From NCBI RefSeq assembly GCF_006345805.1, contig NC_042998.1, positions 79,298,001 through 79,362,000 of the forward strand: a stretch of 64,000 nucleotides of DNA. Direction: 5' to 3'. The DNA comes from Octopus sinensis (lineage: Eukaryota). Positions 26,708 through 40,320 of the stretch are shown here, piece by piece. The translations under genes and the position numbers were made by a program. Each line of letters opens with the position of its first letter. The first letter of the stretch is position 1. Below the pieces are notes generated by a model. That model was not told where the DNA came from and made no database searches. It saw only the letters and a program-made list of their open reading frames with translations.

Positions 26708-28435
26708 TTTCACCACTCAGACGAACAACCAAGGACGTTGTACGCGGTGACCTGACTTGCTAAAAATAGCAGCCTAATCTTTCTCAAATCACACCCTACA
26801 TCTTTTTAAAAAGAACTTCTAGGTATGGTGTGCGTGTGAATAAGATAGGATGGTCGAGGTTGGAATGCATTTTACAAAAGTTTTGCCCGATCAGAATATG
26901 AAGCTAAACAACAACAATAGTTATTATTTCCTGGGGATCATAACTGTATTGAGAGCGCAGACAGAGAGCCGACTTGGATATGTACTTCGTATTCTAGGTT
27001 CATTGTAACCAGCGTCGTCTTTTTCACCAACTTTACTTTTCATCTCATCCGGATTGGGGGCAACAATTAAGTACCTTGTATGAACTGAGGTAAATTATAT
27101 CTTTGTATCTTTACCCCGATCAAAAAGCTTTGTGACGGGAGAAAAAATAAATTTTATAATAAATGGGGTTTTTTTCTCTTTATGGGGATGGGGGAGCCGT
27201 TGGTTGGCAGAATAGGTTGAAAGGCGAACGCAAAATTTTGTGGTACTAACTTTTACTTTATATTCTGAGTTCAAATCCAACTCAGATTAATTTGACGCTT
27301 TCCCTTCCGAGGTCGATAAAATAAGTACCAGTCAAAACTCTCATTTACACGTGTGGGATAGCGTTTATGTTAGAAGTGATTGTTACTATAACTAAATGAG
27401 GGGACGATGTTTAACAAGCACAGTCAAACACCGGTGTTGATTACGTCCTTTGCGTCCCCACTTTTTCACCTTTCGTCCTGTAATCGATGTGAATATAAAT
27501 ATATAATCGATTTGATCAACTCTTACTCCCCAAAACTTGTGGTTGTAGGAAGAGTCGTTTTTCAATTGAAAACTAACTATCTTACTCTGTTTACTATTTT
27601 AATGCCCTTAAAAATATAAAGATCAGAATCTAATAATAAAAAAAAAGCTATTTTAGTTAATAAGCAGTTAATCATATTCTTTTATTCTTTTATATGTTTT
27701 AGCCTTGAGGCTGTGGCCATGCTGGGGGATGTGAAAGTATATATAAATTGCTGATAGAAGTTACTATGTATTTTTAAAAATATTTATTAAAAGAAGGACT
27801 TGTCCTTTATCTTTTCAAATCCTCTAGCACCAGCATAATTGTTTAATCCGAATATGGTATTTGCAGGTTAAAGACTCAAAACAAAAAATAGAAATTAGGT
27901 GAGGGGAATCCAGGCTAACAGTTTGTAACCCTTAAAGGGTTCCTCGTGGCTTGACGATGTATTAAACCGGTCTGCAGTACATATTTAGAGCTAAAGTATT
28001 TGAGAGCTAACAGTCAGCAACTATGACTGGTTGCTCGGTACAAACACTGAATTCTCATGAGGTTACTATAATTCAACTGAAAGAAAAGAAACCTCGCCTC
28101 ACTTACACTGAAAATGTCTATGAAATGGGCGTGACAAGCCAAAAGAAAACCCAATATTTTACGCATTAAAAATGGCTAAAAAGTACGGAATTTAAAACAA
28201 AGATTGTAATATGTCACTAATTTGTTTTTATTGTTATTAGAAGACATCGACCCAACCGACTGCTTTTAGGAGACATTGAGTATTAATATAAGGCAGCTAT
28301 ATTTCTTGACCTGTGTAATATTTGAAATATGTACTGATTGGCCATGGGCGTTGCTTTAAAACATCATAAACATTTCTGTGGTGCTAAAATAATATCACAC
28401 TCACAAACATATAAACACGCATATATGTATATGTG

Positions 28436-28466
<31 letters not shown>

Positions 28467-28516
28467 ATGTATATATATATATTATTAAATACATGTATGT
28501 AAATACACACACACAC

Positions 28517-28564
<48 letters not shown>

Positions 28565-28716
28565 TACTGTAAACAAAAGTCGCGTTGTGTGGCGTTCGGT
28601 TATACCATGAATGAAAAATACATAAAATACAAGACGTATACGTAGGACAGAAACCAAGACCCTAATTCTTCTTCAGTTATCGACCGAAAATATTAATACT
28701 AGTTTCATGCCCTCAA

Positions 28717-28766
<50 letters not shown>

Positions 28767-28769
28767 TAT

Positions 28770-29062
28770 TCTTTGTAAGCCTAGTGTTTATTCTATCCGT
28801 CCCTTTTGCCAAGCCGCTAAATTACGGGGATGTAAACACACCAACATCGGTTGTCAAGCGATGGTTGGGTAAGGTGAAGCACACACACTCATATATATAT
28901 ATATATATACACAATGGGCTTCTTTCGATTTCCGTCTACCAAATCCACTCAGGCTTTGGTCGACCCGAGGCTATAGTACAAGACACTTGCCCAAGGTGCC
29001 CAGCAGTGGGACGAACACGGAACCAAGTGGTTGGGAAGTAAGCTTCTTACCACACACCCACT
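28770..29062 (-). mobile_element. SINE family A
   Basis: AGACACTTGCCCAAGGTGCC..AAGCTTCTTACCACAC is the reverse complement of the head. Confidence 0.85.
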
Positions 29063-29422
29063 ACTGAGCCTATACATACATACATACATACATACATACA
29101 TACATACATACATACATACATACATACATGGTGGCTGCCCCCTCGTTATCGATTATGGCCATTGCACGAAGCTTAATCAATGTTGTTATCTTGCAATGCC
29201 TGCGCAAGGAGATTTTTTTTAAAGTGAGGAAAAGCTGTGCACTGAGTCAATCCCACTCACTAAGCAACAGCAGCCATAATCCGAAAAGAAGAACAAGTCA
29301 ACATCATCGGTAACCACTAAGCCGCAGGTTTTATGTCGGATTTATCCCAGTTATCTACATTACCCAGTTACCCATACATACATACATACATACATACATA
29401 CATACATACATACATACATACA

Positions 29423-29453
<31 letters not shown>

Positions 29454-29584
29454 GAGGGTGTTTATACTCACTTTTGTTGGTTTCAGTCATTTGGACTTCA
29501 GCTATACTAATTGGGGGTCCCACTTCAATAGTTTTAATTAATGATATCCACCCCACCCCCACCCCCTGCCGGAGCCTCGTGAAG

Positions 29585-29693
29585 CTTCAGGTGTTTTCGC
29601 TCAAAAAACACACACAACGCCCGGTCTGGGAATCGAAACAGTGATCCTCCGACCGCGTGTCCGCTGCCCTAACCACTGGGCCATTGCGCCTCC
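29585..29693 (-). mobile_element. tRNA-like head of SINE family C
   Basis: Minus strand TGGCCCAGTGGTTAGGGCAGCGG..TTCGATTCCCAG shows A and B boxes; related copies at 47965-48215 and 56545-56767. Confidence 0.7.
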
Positions 29694-29732
29694 ATACACA
29701 GACACACACACACACACACACACACCACATAT

Positions 29733-29848
<116 letters not shown>

Positions 29849-30947
29849 TCGATGTATACATACGAGATGACTCGCACAATTTCCAGCTGCCAGATTCCAC
29901 TCTCACAATAATACCCAACTCTAGGAACAGGAAAAGCACTATTTCAGTGTGCATCTCACTGGAATCGAACTTAAATCCAAAATCGGTGAAACAAACCACT
30001 TAACCGTATAGCTATACTTGTAAACGTGTGTGTAAGTGGGGTGCATTAAAAGATTGTCTTAGATCGAAATTTTTAAAAGTTTCACAAATGCAAAGTGAAA
30101 ATTTATTCTTCTAGTACAATGATACTCGTTGGTAAGGCAGCTAGTCTTCTAATATAAAGTTGATCATGGGGAGGAACTGGTAATTCTATTAGGTGGTATA
30201 GCGGTCGCCAGTATTTATAGAACCTGTAGAGTGCAAAACTATAATTGTTCTATGGTATTTAATTACATCTCTTCACGACCAATGATCAACACCCATCGAG
30301 GGGACACTTTGATTTGCATCTTTCATTTGTTAATAGAATTAATACTGAAATTCATTCTTCCATAACCTAAATTTCACAGCCTGGTGCCAATCTTATAAAT
30401 TTTTATTGTTATTGCTTTTGGGAGCTGCATGAATGTTACAAATTCTTGTAAGCCACTTTTATACCTATTTATAAAAATTACAAACATTATATTTTTTTTT
30501 AATAAAATTCTACAATCGTATTTCCTAACTGTGCTTTAATTTTTACTTGTTTTTTTTCTCTGTTGGTATTATGAAATTATAATTGTAAAAGTATATTTCT
30601 CATTTCTGTGTATATGTATTATGCAGGGTATCATGCATGTATGTGTGTGGTCGTGCTCGTGTGTGTATGTGTGTGTTTGTGTAAGGAAGGTTCTGTGCAC
30701 ACACACATATATACGTACACGTATATGTATACATATGTATGTAGATATATATATAGATAGATAATTAATAATTAGGGTTCAGCAAAGATTTGCTTTACCA
30801 CATACCGAAGTTTAGAAATAGCAACCAAAAAACGTTAGCTCTTTCTTCTACTTTAAAAGAGGGACTCCCAGAAAAACCAAAATACTTGAAAACAATCCAC
30901 ACAGGCAGAGAGGAAAAGTAACGAAAATCAATCAATATCTGGTCACT

Positions 30948-31026
30948 TATGGACGCGCGTTTCAGAATTAGATTGGAATAAAGAATATAGAATTATACTT
31001 TACCAACCCTTTTCCTCATCAGCATA
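30948..31026 (-). ncRNA. Type I minimal hammerhead ribozyme, intact core
   Basis: UAUG-CUGAUGA-[GGAA..GGGUUGG.UAAAG/CUUUA..CCAAUCU..UUCU]-GAAAC-GCGC-GUC-CAUA. Confidence 0.8.
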
Positions 31027-31289
31027 GGACCCCATCAATAATTAAACATTGAAATATTAAATTCGAAGGTACTGGAATAATTGAACATATCTCTCCACCT
31101 AACGGCATCAGGCAGATAATATTCAGTGTTAGTACCGCCGAATTCAAAACATGAATGAGGTTCAATTACCTTCCCCTGCCAATCCTCGTGTGTCTTCAAG
31201 TAAATTACTACAGAAAAAAAAATTTGTAGTTTGTTATCAGGGAGGAAATTCTATTATCAATAATAACAAAGGGTAAAATTAATATGTAT

Positions 31290-31387
<98 letters not shown>
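31290..31387. repeat. (GATA)n microsatellite
   Basis: Direct reading. Confidence 0.97.
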
Positions 31388-31388
<1 letters not shown>

Positions 31389-31417
31389 TGGATCAAAACA
31401 GTTTGATTCAAATTCGT

Positions 31418-31458
31418 TGGTACTCTTGAGTTTCAAGCGTGATGCTAGTCTTCAGCCA
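31418..31458 (-). ncRNA. Type I minimal hammerhead ribozyme
   Basis: UGG-CUGAAGA-CU[AGC-AUCAC-GCU]U-GAAACUC-AA-GAGUA-CCA. Confidence 0.65.
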
Positions 31459-31720
31459 TTTTGAATTTGAATGACAGAAGTTAATTGTTATTGCCGTAAG
31501 GTGGGCTGCTATTGGTCGAGAAAGGCCACGTCGTGTCGTGGTTTGATGTTGGGTAACAGTTAGTTGGCAAATACCGCATGGTGGACAGGAAATAAACCAC
31601 GTGACGATTAGAAAATCGGTCAGGATGTTGGGGTGGGGGAAGTAGGATGGGGTGGCATGTGCAAGTATATAGTTCTATATGAGGGTGTGCAGACGCACTC
31701 ATGGTTTTGCGTGCATGTGT

Positions 31721-32788
31721 ATATTGATGCGAGCGTGCGCATCTGTACATGGGCATGCACACGCACATCTGCTCTCACACAAACACACATACGCTTGGAT
31801 GAACACGAAAGCGCACACAAATGCGTATTCGCTCAATCGCCCCCAACTGACAACTCTGCTTCCGAGAAAAACTGCATATCCTCTAACAACCAGCAGTATC
31901 CATCAACAAAAAATACGATTTATCGTATTGCTATCACCGGAGATATGCCCTTCTGGCAAATTTCAGGTCTCTGACTGCCAACAACCCGGATATACGACGT
32001 TAGCACCAGCTGCTTCTCTACACCGCCTGCACCAAGGTCACCGCTACCAACCAACCCCTTGAGCAGGACCGCCGATTACCAATCTCCAACGTTTACCAAC
32101 CCCTCGCATGCCAATCCCCAACGCTTAACGATTCCCAACGCTTACTTATCCCCCAACGCTTGTTTTGCGCGTGTATACACAAGCACGCGCGCGCGTGAAA
32201 GCACATGGGCATGCGCATGCGTGGATGCACGCACACTGGTATGCATGCTTCTGCAATTCACGCTCGACTATAAAAACGCTTTTCTCGTTATTTTTGAACA
32301 CTTGTTCGTTGTATTTCTTTTTATTACTGTAGTTCAGATGCACGCGTGATAACAAATGACATTCAAAAATTATCTGGGCTAATCTTAACTTCTCGACCGT
32401 CTCTTCTTCTGAAATTTAATGAGGAAGTTTTCATTTGCTATCAGAACACTTCGGATTTTCGTATCAATGGAATGGACCGGTTCTATAAATACATTGTGAA
32501 AGCAGAAAGTTCTGGCTGCCATATCTTTTAACGTCGCAGAATAATCTTTGGTCAATATATCTTTGCTCACTGTACCTTTGTATGACACATTCCCGTCGTT
32601 ATCTTGTAGTTGTGCGGAACAAGGAAGACAAATAAATCATAAGTACATATGAATGAATACGAATGTGTGTGTATGCGTGTATATGTGTGTGTATATGCGC
32701 GTGTATGTGTGTGCATGTTCGTCCAAGCGTGTGTGTGTACAGACGTGCGCGTGCACGCCCATGTACAGATGCGCACGCTCGCATCAAT
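31721..32788. repeat. About 90-bp inverted repeats enclosing about 900 bp, including a copy of 35589-36040
   Basis: TATTGATGCGAGCGTGCGCATCTGTACATGGG... at 31721 and its reverse complement ending at 32788. Confidence 0.85.
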
Positions 32789-33470
32789 AATATATATATA
32801 ATACACTCATATATATATATATATATATATATATAGTGTGTGTGTGTGTATGTTTGAGAGAGAGAGAGAGATAATTATGTCATTACATACATTTCGTTTC
32901 ATTTGAAATTTACGATGTTCCATCTTTTAGCACAACAACTATAATATCAAGAGGGACTTTATCTTCTGATTGTGAAAATATATTATGTAAAAAGAAAATG
33001 ATCGATCGTAATTTGTCTTTGTAAAGTCCAAAATGTTTTCAGAAATGTGTGATGGATTTCCAAGTATGAGTTCGATAATAATCAAGAAACAACGCTGAAA
33101 CAAAAAGAAAATAATGGATGAATTATAGTCTCATACTTTCGTTTGCCTGTAAAATGAGGATAAAAATCAATACCATTTACACTTTGGTTATCGGCAAAAC
33201 CAGGCTCAAGAATTGAAATTCTAAACTTGGCGCCAAAACTCAATATTGTTTTGCGATTGGTGTTTAAACAACCAGTGAGATGCCGAGGAAAAGAACAGTC
33301 ACCTGAAGGCAAAGTCATGCTTGAAGTAACTACTATAATCAAGACACAGATCGATTCAATAAGTTATCACAGTTAACTTTGTATGATACTAGAAAATACT
33401 AGCTAGTTATATCATAGAAAGTACCCAATCGCTTCACATGTGTGTGTGTGCATGTGTGTGTGTACACGTG

Positions 33471-33553
<83 letters not shown>

Positions 33554-33694
33554 TATATATATTGAATTCGTTTAAGGTATCGTTAGGTGTATACAAATAA
33601 AGCTCCTAATTCATTACGCCGGCTACCGTCTAATGATACTGACTAGTGAGTCAGTTTTGGTGGTTGCATTTCGGTTATACCGATAGAATGTGGG

Positions 33695-33755
<61 letters not shown>

Positions 33756-33757
<2 letters not shown>

Positions 33758-33872
33758 TTTCTAGGATAGAATTTATAAATATTTAGCACATCGCTACGCG
33801 CGTTTCCACAAATCACATAATTTGTGGAAATGTACGTAGCGATATATATTTATAAACTCCATCCTAGAAATT
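33756..33872. repeat. Imperfect palindrome built from two half-hammerhead (GAAAC-GCGC-GUA) ends
   Basis: ATCGCTACGCGCGTTTCCACAAAT-cacata-ATTTGTGGAAATGTACGTAGCGAT; arms extend to TTTCTAGGAT/ATCCTAGAAA; follows a (TAA)n tract. Confidence 0.8.
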
Positions 33873-34057
33873 ATTCTTATTATATATACATACATACATA
33901 CACATATAAAAACATACACACAGGCATACATTTACATAACATACACACACACATACATATATATATATGTGTATGCGTGTGTGTTTATATATATATGTAT
34001 ATATGTATATATATGTATGTATCTATGCATGTATGTATATATATGTATATATATATG

Positions 34058-34090
<33 letters not shown>

Positions 34091-34151
34091 GTATATATAT
34101 GTATGTATATATGTATATATATATATTATATATATATATATTATATATATA

Positions 34152-34182
<31 letters not shown>

Positions 34183-35588
34183 TGTATGTATGTATGTATG
34201 TATGTATGTATGCATGTATGTATGCATATCATACACACATAGATGTACGTATAAGTATGTACAGATGAATATTTTCTTTATTCTAATTTGAAATCTTGTT
34301 ATAAAAGCAGGAAATTTTAACAAAAGATACTCATTACAGAATTTAGATAGCTAAAACAAGATTTGCATGTTGAATTTTAGAAAGTTTTTATAGATTTTCA
34401 CTCTTCCGCTTTCATATTGTATTTAAAAAAGCGCATTAACTGGCCATGTTCTTTGCTTGAAAGCCCTAGCTTTCCAGGTTTACAAATGAAGTGTTTATTG
34501 ATATAACTATTTGCACCAACGATTTTGGGTGTCATGAATTTATAATTTACACAGAGAAGCTATGGTTTTCGAAGTATTTCATAAATATTCTATTTCTCAA
34601 ACGATTTTTGAAAATATTCAATTTTAATTGTACAGAATTTTTTTTTTCCGTCCCAAACATCTATATCAACCTCGTTACGCTTGTATTTGGAAGAAAATCT
34701 GAGGGAAATATTTCACTAATGTTATTTGTATTTTGAAATTATGTATATAGATAGCTATCGGTTTTACAAGCTAATTCGCTCCCAGTTATCATTCGATAAT
34801 CGAGAAATCACAAAGCACGAGCTTGCAGATTGTTGTCCAATATAATGTGGTCTTTGGCTCAAGTAAGAGATGTATTCAGCAGTTAGGGTATTATTTTGGG
34901 GCAACACGTATTGAATTACACGCAATCTTTTCTTGTGTGTATTTATTTGTTTGACGCTTTTTGGAGGTTCTTTTTGGAGGTTTTTTTTGGAGGGGGGTCT
35001 GTTTTTTTTTTTTTTTTCTATTGCAGTTAATTCTTGTCAAGATGTAAACTTGTAAACTGGAAGTTCAGGAAGCAAGAGCTACTTGTACTCAGCAACAGAA
35101 ATATTTTCAATATTTATCCCAAGGCAGTCTACTTTACCGATGGCATTACATGTTGTTTTAGCAATAACACCATGCTGCATTGACATTTGAGGAAGTAGCT
35201 AATCACATGTATGTCTTCTATATAAGTGTGGCACAATCGACATTTTCGGTCGCATATTGTGTTTTTAAGCGTTCTTCAGTCTCTTTTTCCTCACAAGGCT
35301 CGTTAGATATGCCGTAGTTTCTCTCTCTCCCTCCCCCCTCTCCCTCTCTTACTCTCTCTCTCTCTCTCTCTCTCTCATGCCAAAAGCGAGAGACTTGATG
35401 TAAATGTCACAAATCCAAGTGGAGCTACACTTCCTGTTGAGGATAGAAACATCCTGAAGTTTACAGGAAGCATATCCATATTAAACTCTTTTGATTTTGC
35501 AATGTAGAGTGTTTTGCCATCAGGTTGTTGTTGAAAATCAGCAATGTGGCAGTTCTGTTGTTGCATAAGAGATCATTGGAAACCAAGT

Positions 35589-36040
35589 GCTTCTGCAATT
35601 CACGCTCGACTATAAAAACGCTTTTCTCGTTATTTTTAAACACTTGTTCGTTGTATTTCTTTTTATTGCTGTAGTTCAGATGCACGCGTGATAACAAATG
35701 ACATTCAAAATTTATCTGGGCTAATCTTAACTTCTCGACCGTCTCTTCTTCTGAGTCAGGACCCGTTTCTATCAGAATTTCATGAGAAAGTTTTCATTTG
35801 CTATCAGAACAGTATGGATTTTCATATCAATGGAATGGATTTCCTCTGTAGACTATTCAAATACCTAAAACATGGGTAATATTACCGGTTCTATAAATAC
35901 ATTGTGAAAGCAGAAAGTCCTGGCTGCCATATCTTTTAATGTCGCAGAATAATCTTTGGTCAATATATCTTTGCTCACTGTACCTTTGTATGACACATTC
36001 CAGTCGTTATCTTGTAGTTATGTGGAACAAGGCAGACAGA
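35589..36040. repeat. Direct duplicate of 32247-32630 (longer, non-deleted copy)
   Basis: GCTTCTGCAATTCACGCTCGACTATAAAAACG... is shared; the 32-kb copy lacks two short internal segments. Confidence 0.9.
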
Positions 36041-36295
36041 TAAATTTTTTATGGAAAAGCCTAAGAACTGGGTGTCGTTTTTGCACGTTCAACAATCAAA
36101 TATGGAAGTTTCATTTGGTCAAATTCCAACCTTATAACAGCGGAAATGGTTAAAACTAGTCGTTTCTTAGTATCCTAAAAATTTACAGGAAAGATCATTC
36201 ACTCACAAAGTAGTTACGGGTTATATTTATGTATGTTAATTCTTGTAAACCAAAGCATATAATCATACATGCGTGTATGCATTTGTACGTACTTA

Positions 36296-36333
<38 letters not shown>

Positions 36334-36381
36334 TACTTACATGCATACATACAAGAATATATGTGTAAACATACAAACATA

Positions 36382-36729
36382 GGCGCAGGCATAGCTATGT
36401 GGTAAGAAGTTTGCTTTCCAGCCATATGGTTCCGGGTTCACTCTTACTGGATCAAACCTGCTATTGCTCCGGGCCCACCAAAACCCTTTGAGTGGATTTG
36501 GTACATGGAAACCCTGTGTATATGTATGTGTGTGTGTGTGTGTGTGTGTGTTCCCCACCACCACTGGACAGGACAGCTGTTGTTGGTTTGTTTACTTCCC
36601 TGTAGTTGAGCAGTTCGGAGGGCAGGGAAAGAGAGTACAAGGAAAGGACTCGTGTGATTACGCCATTCAAGGCGGTGCCCCAGCATGACCGCAGCCCTAT
36701 GAGAATGGAATAAGTAAAAGATAAAAGAC
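36382..36729 (+). mobile_element. SINE family A, diverged
   Basis: GGCGCAGGCATAGCTATGTGGTAAG..GGTTCCGGGTTCA head and AAGGCGGTGCCCCAGCATG 3' region. Confidence 0.8.
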
Positions 36730-36941
36730 ATGCATAAGTAATAAGATACTCAGGAAAAAAAACAGGGACATGAAACTTCGAGTGGTGACATATGCTGGCT
36801 TGGCTTTGAATCGATGGCGTTTTGCAACCCTACCTGATTGTATTGACTACTTTCTCGCTTGAATTGGATTTTACACAAGCTTTAACCTATAACTACAAAC
36901 TTGCACACACGTTCATACATACACAGATGCAGACACGCACC

Positions 36942-37006
<65 letters not shown>

Positions 37007-37009
<3 letters not shown>

Positions 37010-37208
37010 CTTGAGTATCGTTGGCGATTTTTTTCCTCCGTCTTCCCTTCCTTGGGTCTTTCCTTTTCTTATGTTTCTGACGAAGAGCTCCGCTCGAAAC
37101 GTTAAACCCTCCTTCTTCCCTTCTTCCTGAGCGTCCAATAATACATATTCGTTCCACGTCCTCGCGTTGTTGTGTTTTCTCTTTGTGTTTTCATGTTTGG
37201 ATTAACTT
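37007..37208 (+). mobile_element. Family D element with an intact hammerhead core, inside (TA)n
   Basis: GUUU-CUGACGA-A-GAGC-UCC-GCUC-GAAAC-GUU-AAAC at about 37073-37107. Confidence 0.88.
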
Positions 37209-37224
37209 TATTTATATATATATA

Positions 37225-37260
<36 letters not shown>

Positions 37261-37263
<3 letters not shown>

Positions 37264-37391
37264 CTTGAGTATCGTTGGCGATTTTTTTCCTCCGTCTTCC
37301 CTTCCTTCCTGAGCGTCCAATAATACTATATTCGTTCCACGTCCTCGCGTTGTTGTGTTTTCTCTTTGTGTTTTCATGTTTGGATTAACTT

Positions 37392-37392
<1 letters not shown>
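37261..37392 (+). mobile_element. Family D copy with the hammerhead deleted
   Basis: Same ends as 37007-37208, but about 70 bp are missing between TCTTCCCTTC repeats. Confidence 0.85.
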
Positions 37393-37429
<37 letters not shown>

Positions 37430-39284
37430 CGGTCAAACAAGTTTCAAATATTAAAGGGACATGTACTCGATACAGCGAATACAAAGTTGTTACATATTTT
37501 TACAAATATAGAAATCAGTCAGTACATTTTACTAATAGTTTCAAAGTCTTTCAAAGCAACTGAGAGCAGTTGGGCCCAATCGCACGCAACGAGTGAAATA
37601 TTTTATGTGATCATGAGTATCAATAACCACAGTCTCAAATATAAAAACATATTGATTTTACATATATATATGTATGCGTGTGAGTTTGTATGTGTGTGTC
37701 TGTGTGTGTGTGTGTGCGTGACCGACCATTTTATATTTGAATCTTATAGAAGTTTAGACTGATACATTTTTTAATACTGTTAGAGGCTGTGTTGTCCGAT
37801 TTGATAGCGGAAGATCAACAGGAAGGTCAGTTTGTGCTCTACCACAAGTGATGTACTAAATCTTTGGCTAATATATTTCTCGCCTTCTGACCGAGATGGC
37901 AACTACCATAGAATATCGAAACTTCTATTTGTTGCAAATATAACATTTACTCAAACACCATCATTATTTTTAGCTGTTTTTAAATTTGAAAAATAATTTC
38001 CTAATATATTCTAGCTACAGATTTCAATAAACATTAAATATATAAGCAAATTAAAATTTTATTTCCATGAATATTCCTTACTGAAATAAGTGAGAGGCTC
38101 TTGTATGATCATGTGCCTTGTTTTTCATCAAATTCTCTTCCATTTATACGGTATTGCGTATTCAGCTTTTTTTTTTTCGGATAATTTACAACGTTATGAT
38201 TACACCTAGTTTCCGGCATTTGTGTCGAGTAATTAATGAATTATGTCCATTAAAAATTTTAGATTTAGAAATATTCAACTTCTTTTCACCCCTAATTGCC
38301 TTTTATCCACTTAAGCAGCTCATAAATATCCGATATTAGAAGATTACTTTTCACTATGTACAGTGTTTCAATGCATTGCTTTCGGTGCTGCGCACCATTG
38401 AATGTCATAAAAAGGTGAGAACACTATGCCATAAGTAAAGATTATTGAAATCGTCGGTTGATTTTTACATCGAGGTTTTTTAGTGTTTATCTTTTTTTTT
38501 TGGCGGGGGGGTGCTTCATACTTATCATTTTTTATTATGCAGTATTAGGATCTAATATATTTGTAAAGTCCTACTCTTTACAATAATATCGTTAGTTTAT
38601 GTACATATGATAAGAGTCGTTGATCAATTTCAAAGATTTCACTGAATCGAGTACACTGTGAAGTTTTGAATTTTGCAGTTATATATCTTCTCCAACGGCA
38701 CAAATAACCTCGAGAGAGACATGGCTATCATACTTTACAAATAAAACTTTTGTGCCACGTAAGAACTTTCTAGCAACCGTTCAATAACTTTATTTCTGAA
38801 TGTTAATAGTCTCTACCTAGATACGGAAAGCATCGTCCTTCTGTCTCGGAAACAAAAGCGGAATTCCAAGACAGAAAATGACTATTAACGAAAATTTATA
38901 AGAAATATAAAATTATTGTCATTGTAAAAAATAGTAAACAGTGTCATGTTTACTTATTTAGTGACAAGCTTCCTCAACTCTGTAGAATTTTGCGTTTGAT
39001 TCTTGGAGAAGAGGGAATAGTAAATTTTTGTAATTCCACTTCCCGGGTTTCAGTTCCATATATCACCCAGCCTCAGAGCAGTTGTTAGGTGTCGTTCCAA
39101 GTGTTCCTATAACAACTATGAAGATTTTCAACCTTACAACTCGGAGTCTACTCAGTTTTCTGTTAAATCTAGATAATGTTCAGTCTTTTCTCTTTGGTTT
39201 ACTTCAACTCTGTTAGATTGTGATATTGAAAAATCGATGATATTGAATTCTTTTTTTTTTCTCTCTATTATTATCACAATTAAA

Positions 39285-39500
39285 GCGGCGAGCTGGCAGA
39301 ATCCTTCCTGCGTCAAACAAAATGCCTACCGGTATTCCTTCGGGTACTTTAGATCCTGAGCTCAAATTTTGCCGAGGTCGATTCTACCTGTCATCCTTTC
39401 GAGGTCGATAAAATAAGTATCAGTTGAACACTGGGATTGCTGTAATCGATTAAGCTTCTTCCCAAAAATTGCCGGCCTTCTACCAAAATTTGAAACCATT
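39285..39500 (+). mobile_element. SINE family B, diverged
   Basis: GCGGCGAGCTGGCAGAA...GCCGAGGTCGA...TCATCCTTTCGAGGTCGATAAAATAAGTA. Confidence 0.8.
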
Positions 39501-40029
39501 ATCACAATTGTTTCCATGCTTCTACTACATTCTCAGTTTATACATTGACGTATATACAAGCATGACAGTGAAATTATGAAATTAGCTTCGGAATTTCGTG
39601 TATCGGGACAATCCCATTGAATGACACCTTGAGTAAGTGTCTTCTTTCGTATCTCTGAATTAACCAAAGTCTCTGTTTGAGTAAAATTTAGAGACGTAAA
39701 TTATCGAAGCCCGTCAGCTATTTTGAATGCAGACTTACTTCGTCACCTGGTTTAATACCGTTAACTGCTTTTAGGTAACTTTTGTGGAGTTCACTCTACT
39801 ACAAATATTTGGGCCTTGTCTCTGGTCTGCTGACAACTTCTTTCCTTGCTCCCACTAGTCTCAGGGATCTTGAAAAGCATCACGAGCGCTACCGTTCCTC
39901 CTCAAACAACGCTCTTTAAAAAAATGAACAGTAATTTCATATATCAGTTAATAATTGTACTAGGTTATTATTTGTACAAGTTTCCTTCTGCTTCGATTCC
40001 AAGTTTCCAACTAACTTCACAGTGTCTAC

Positions 40030-40320
40030 ATGACTATCAGTTCCCTATTTCATCATTTTCCCATTTATCCAACTCTTACCATTTTGATCGAGTTTGCCTG
40101 TATTTGCTCAAACAATATTTGTTTTAATCCTTTCTTCTTATGCTGCCATGATCAGATTTTCGGTTTCCCTCTTTAATTTTCTAGATTTCAATCAAACCAG
40201 CTGTTCTCTTATTTATCTTCTATTTGTTAGACAAACAAGAGATATAACAGGAGATATGAAGTGTTGCATAACCTGTTTGCTTCATAAACTGATCATTCTT
40301 CTTTCTAATATGTGATTCAT
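40030..40320 (-). mobile_element. Degraded R4-clade (Dong/Rex6-like) fragment, second subfamily
   Basis: Minus strand KLKRETENLIMAA*EERIKTN resembles the R4-clade LKxETEGLIxAAQEQ motif. Confidence 0.55.

Noticed and set aside
29620-29693. tRNA gene
   Set aside because: A and B boxes are present, but it is the head of a dispersed SINE and has no convincing cloverleaf.
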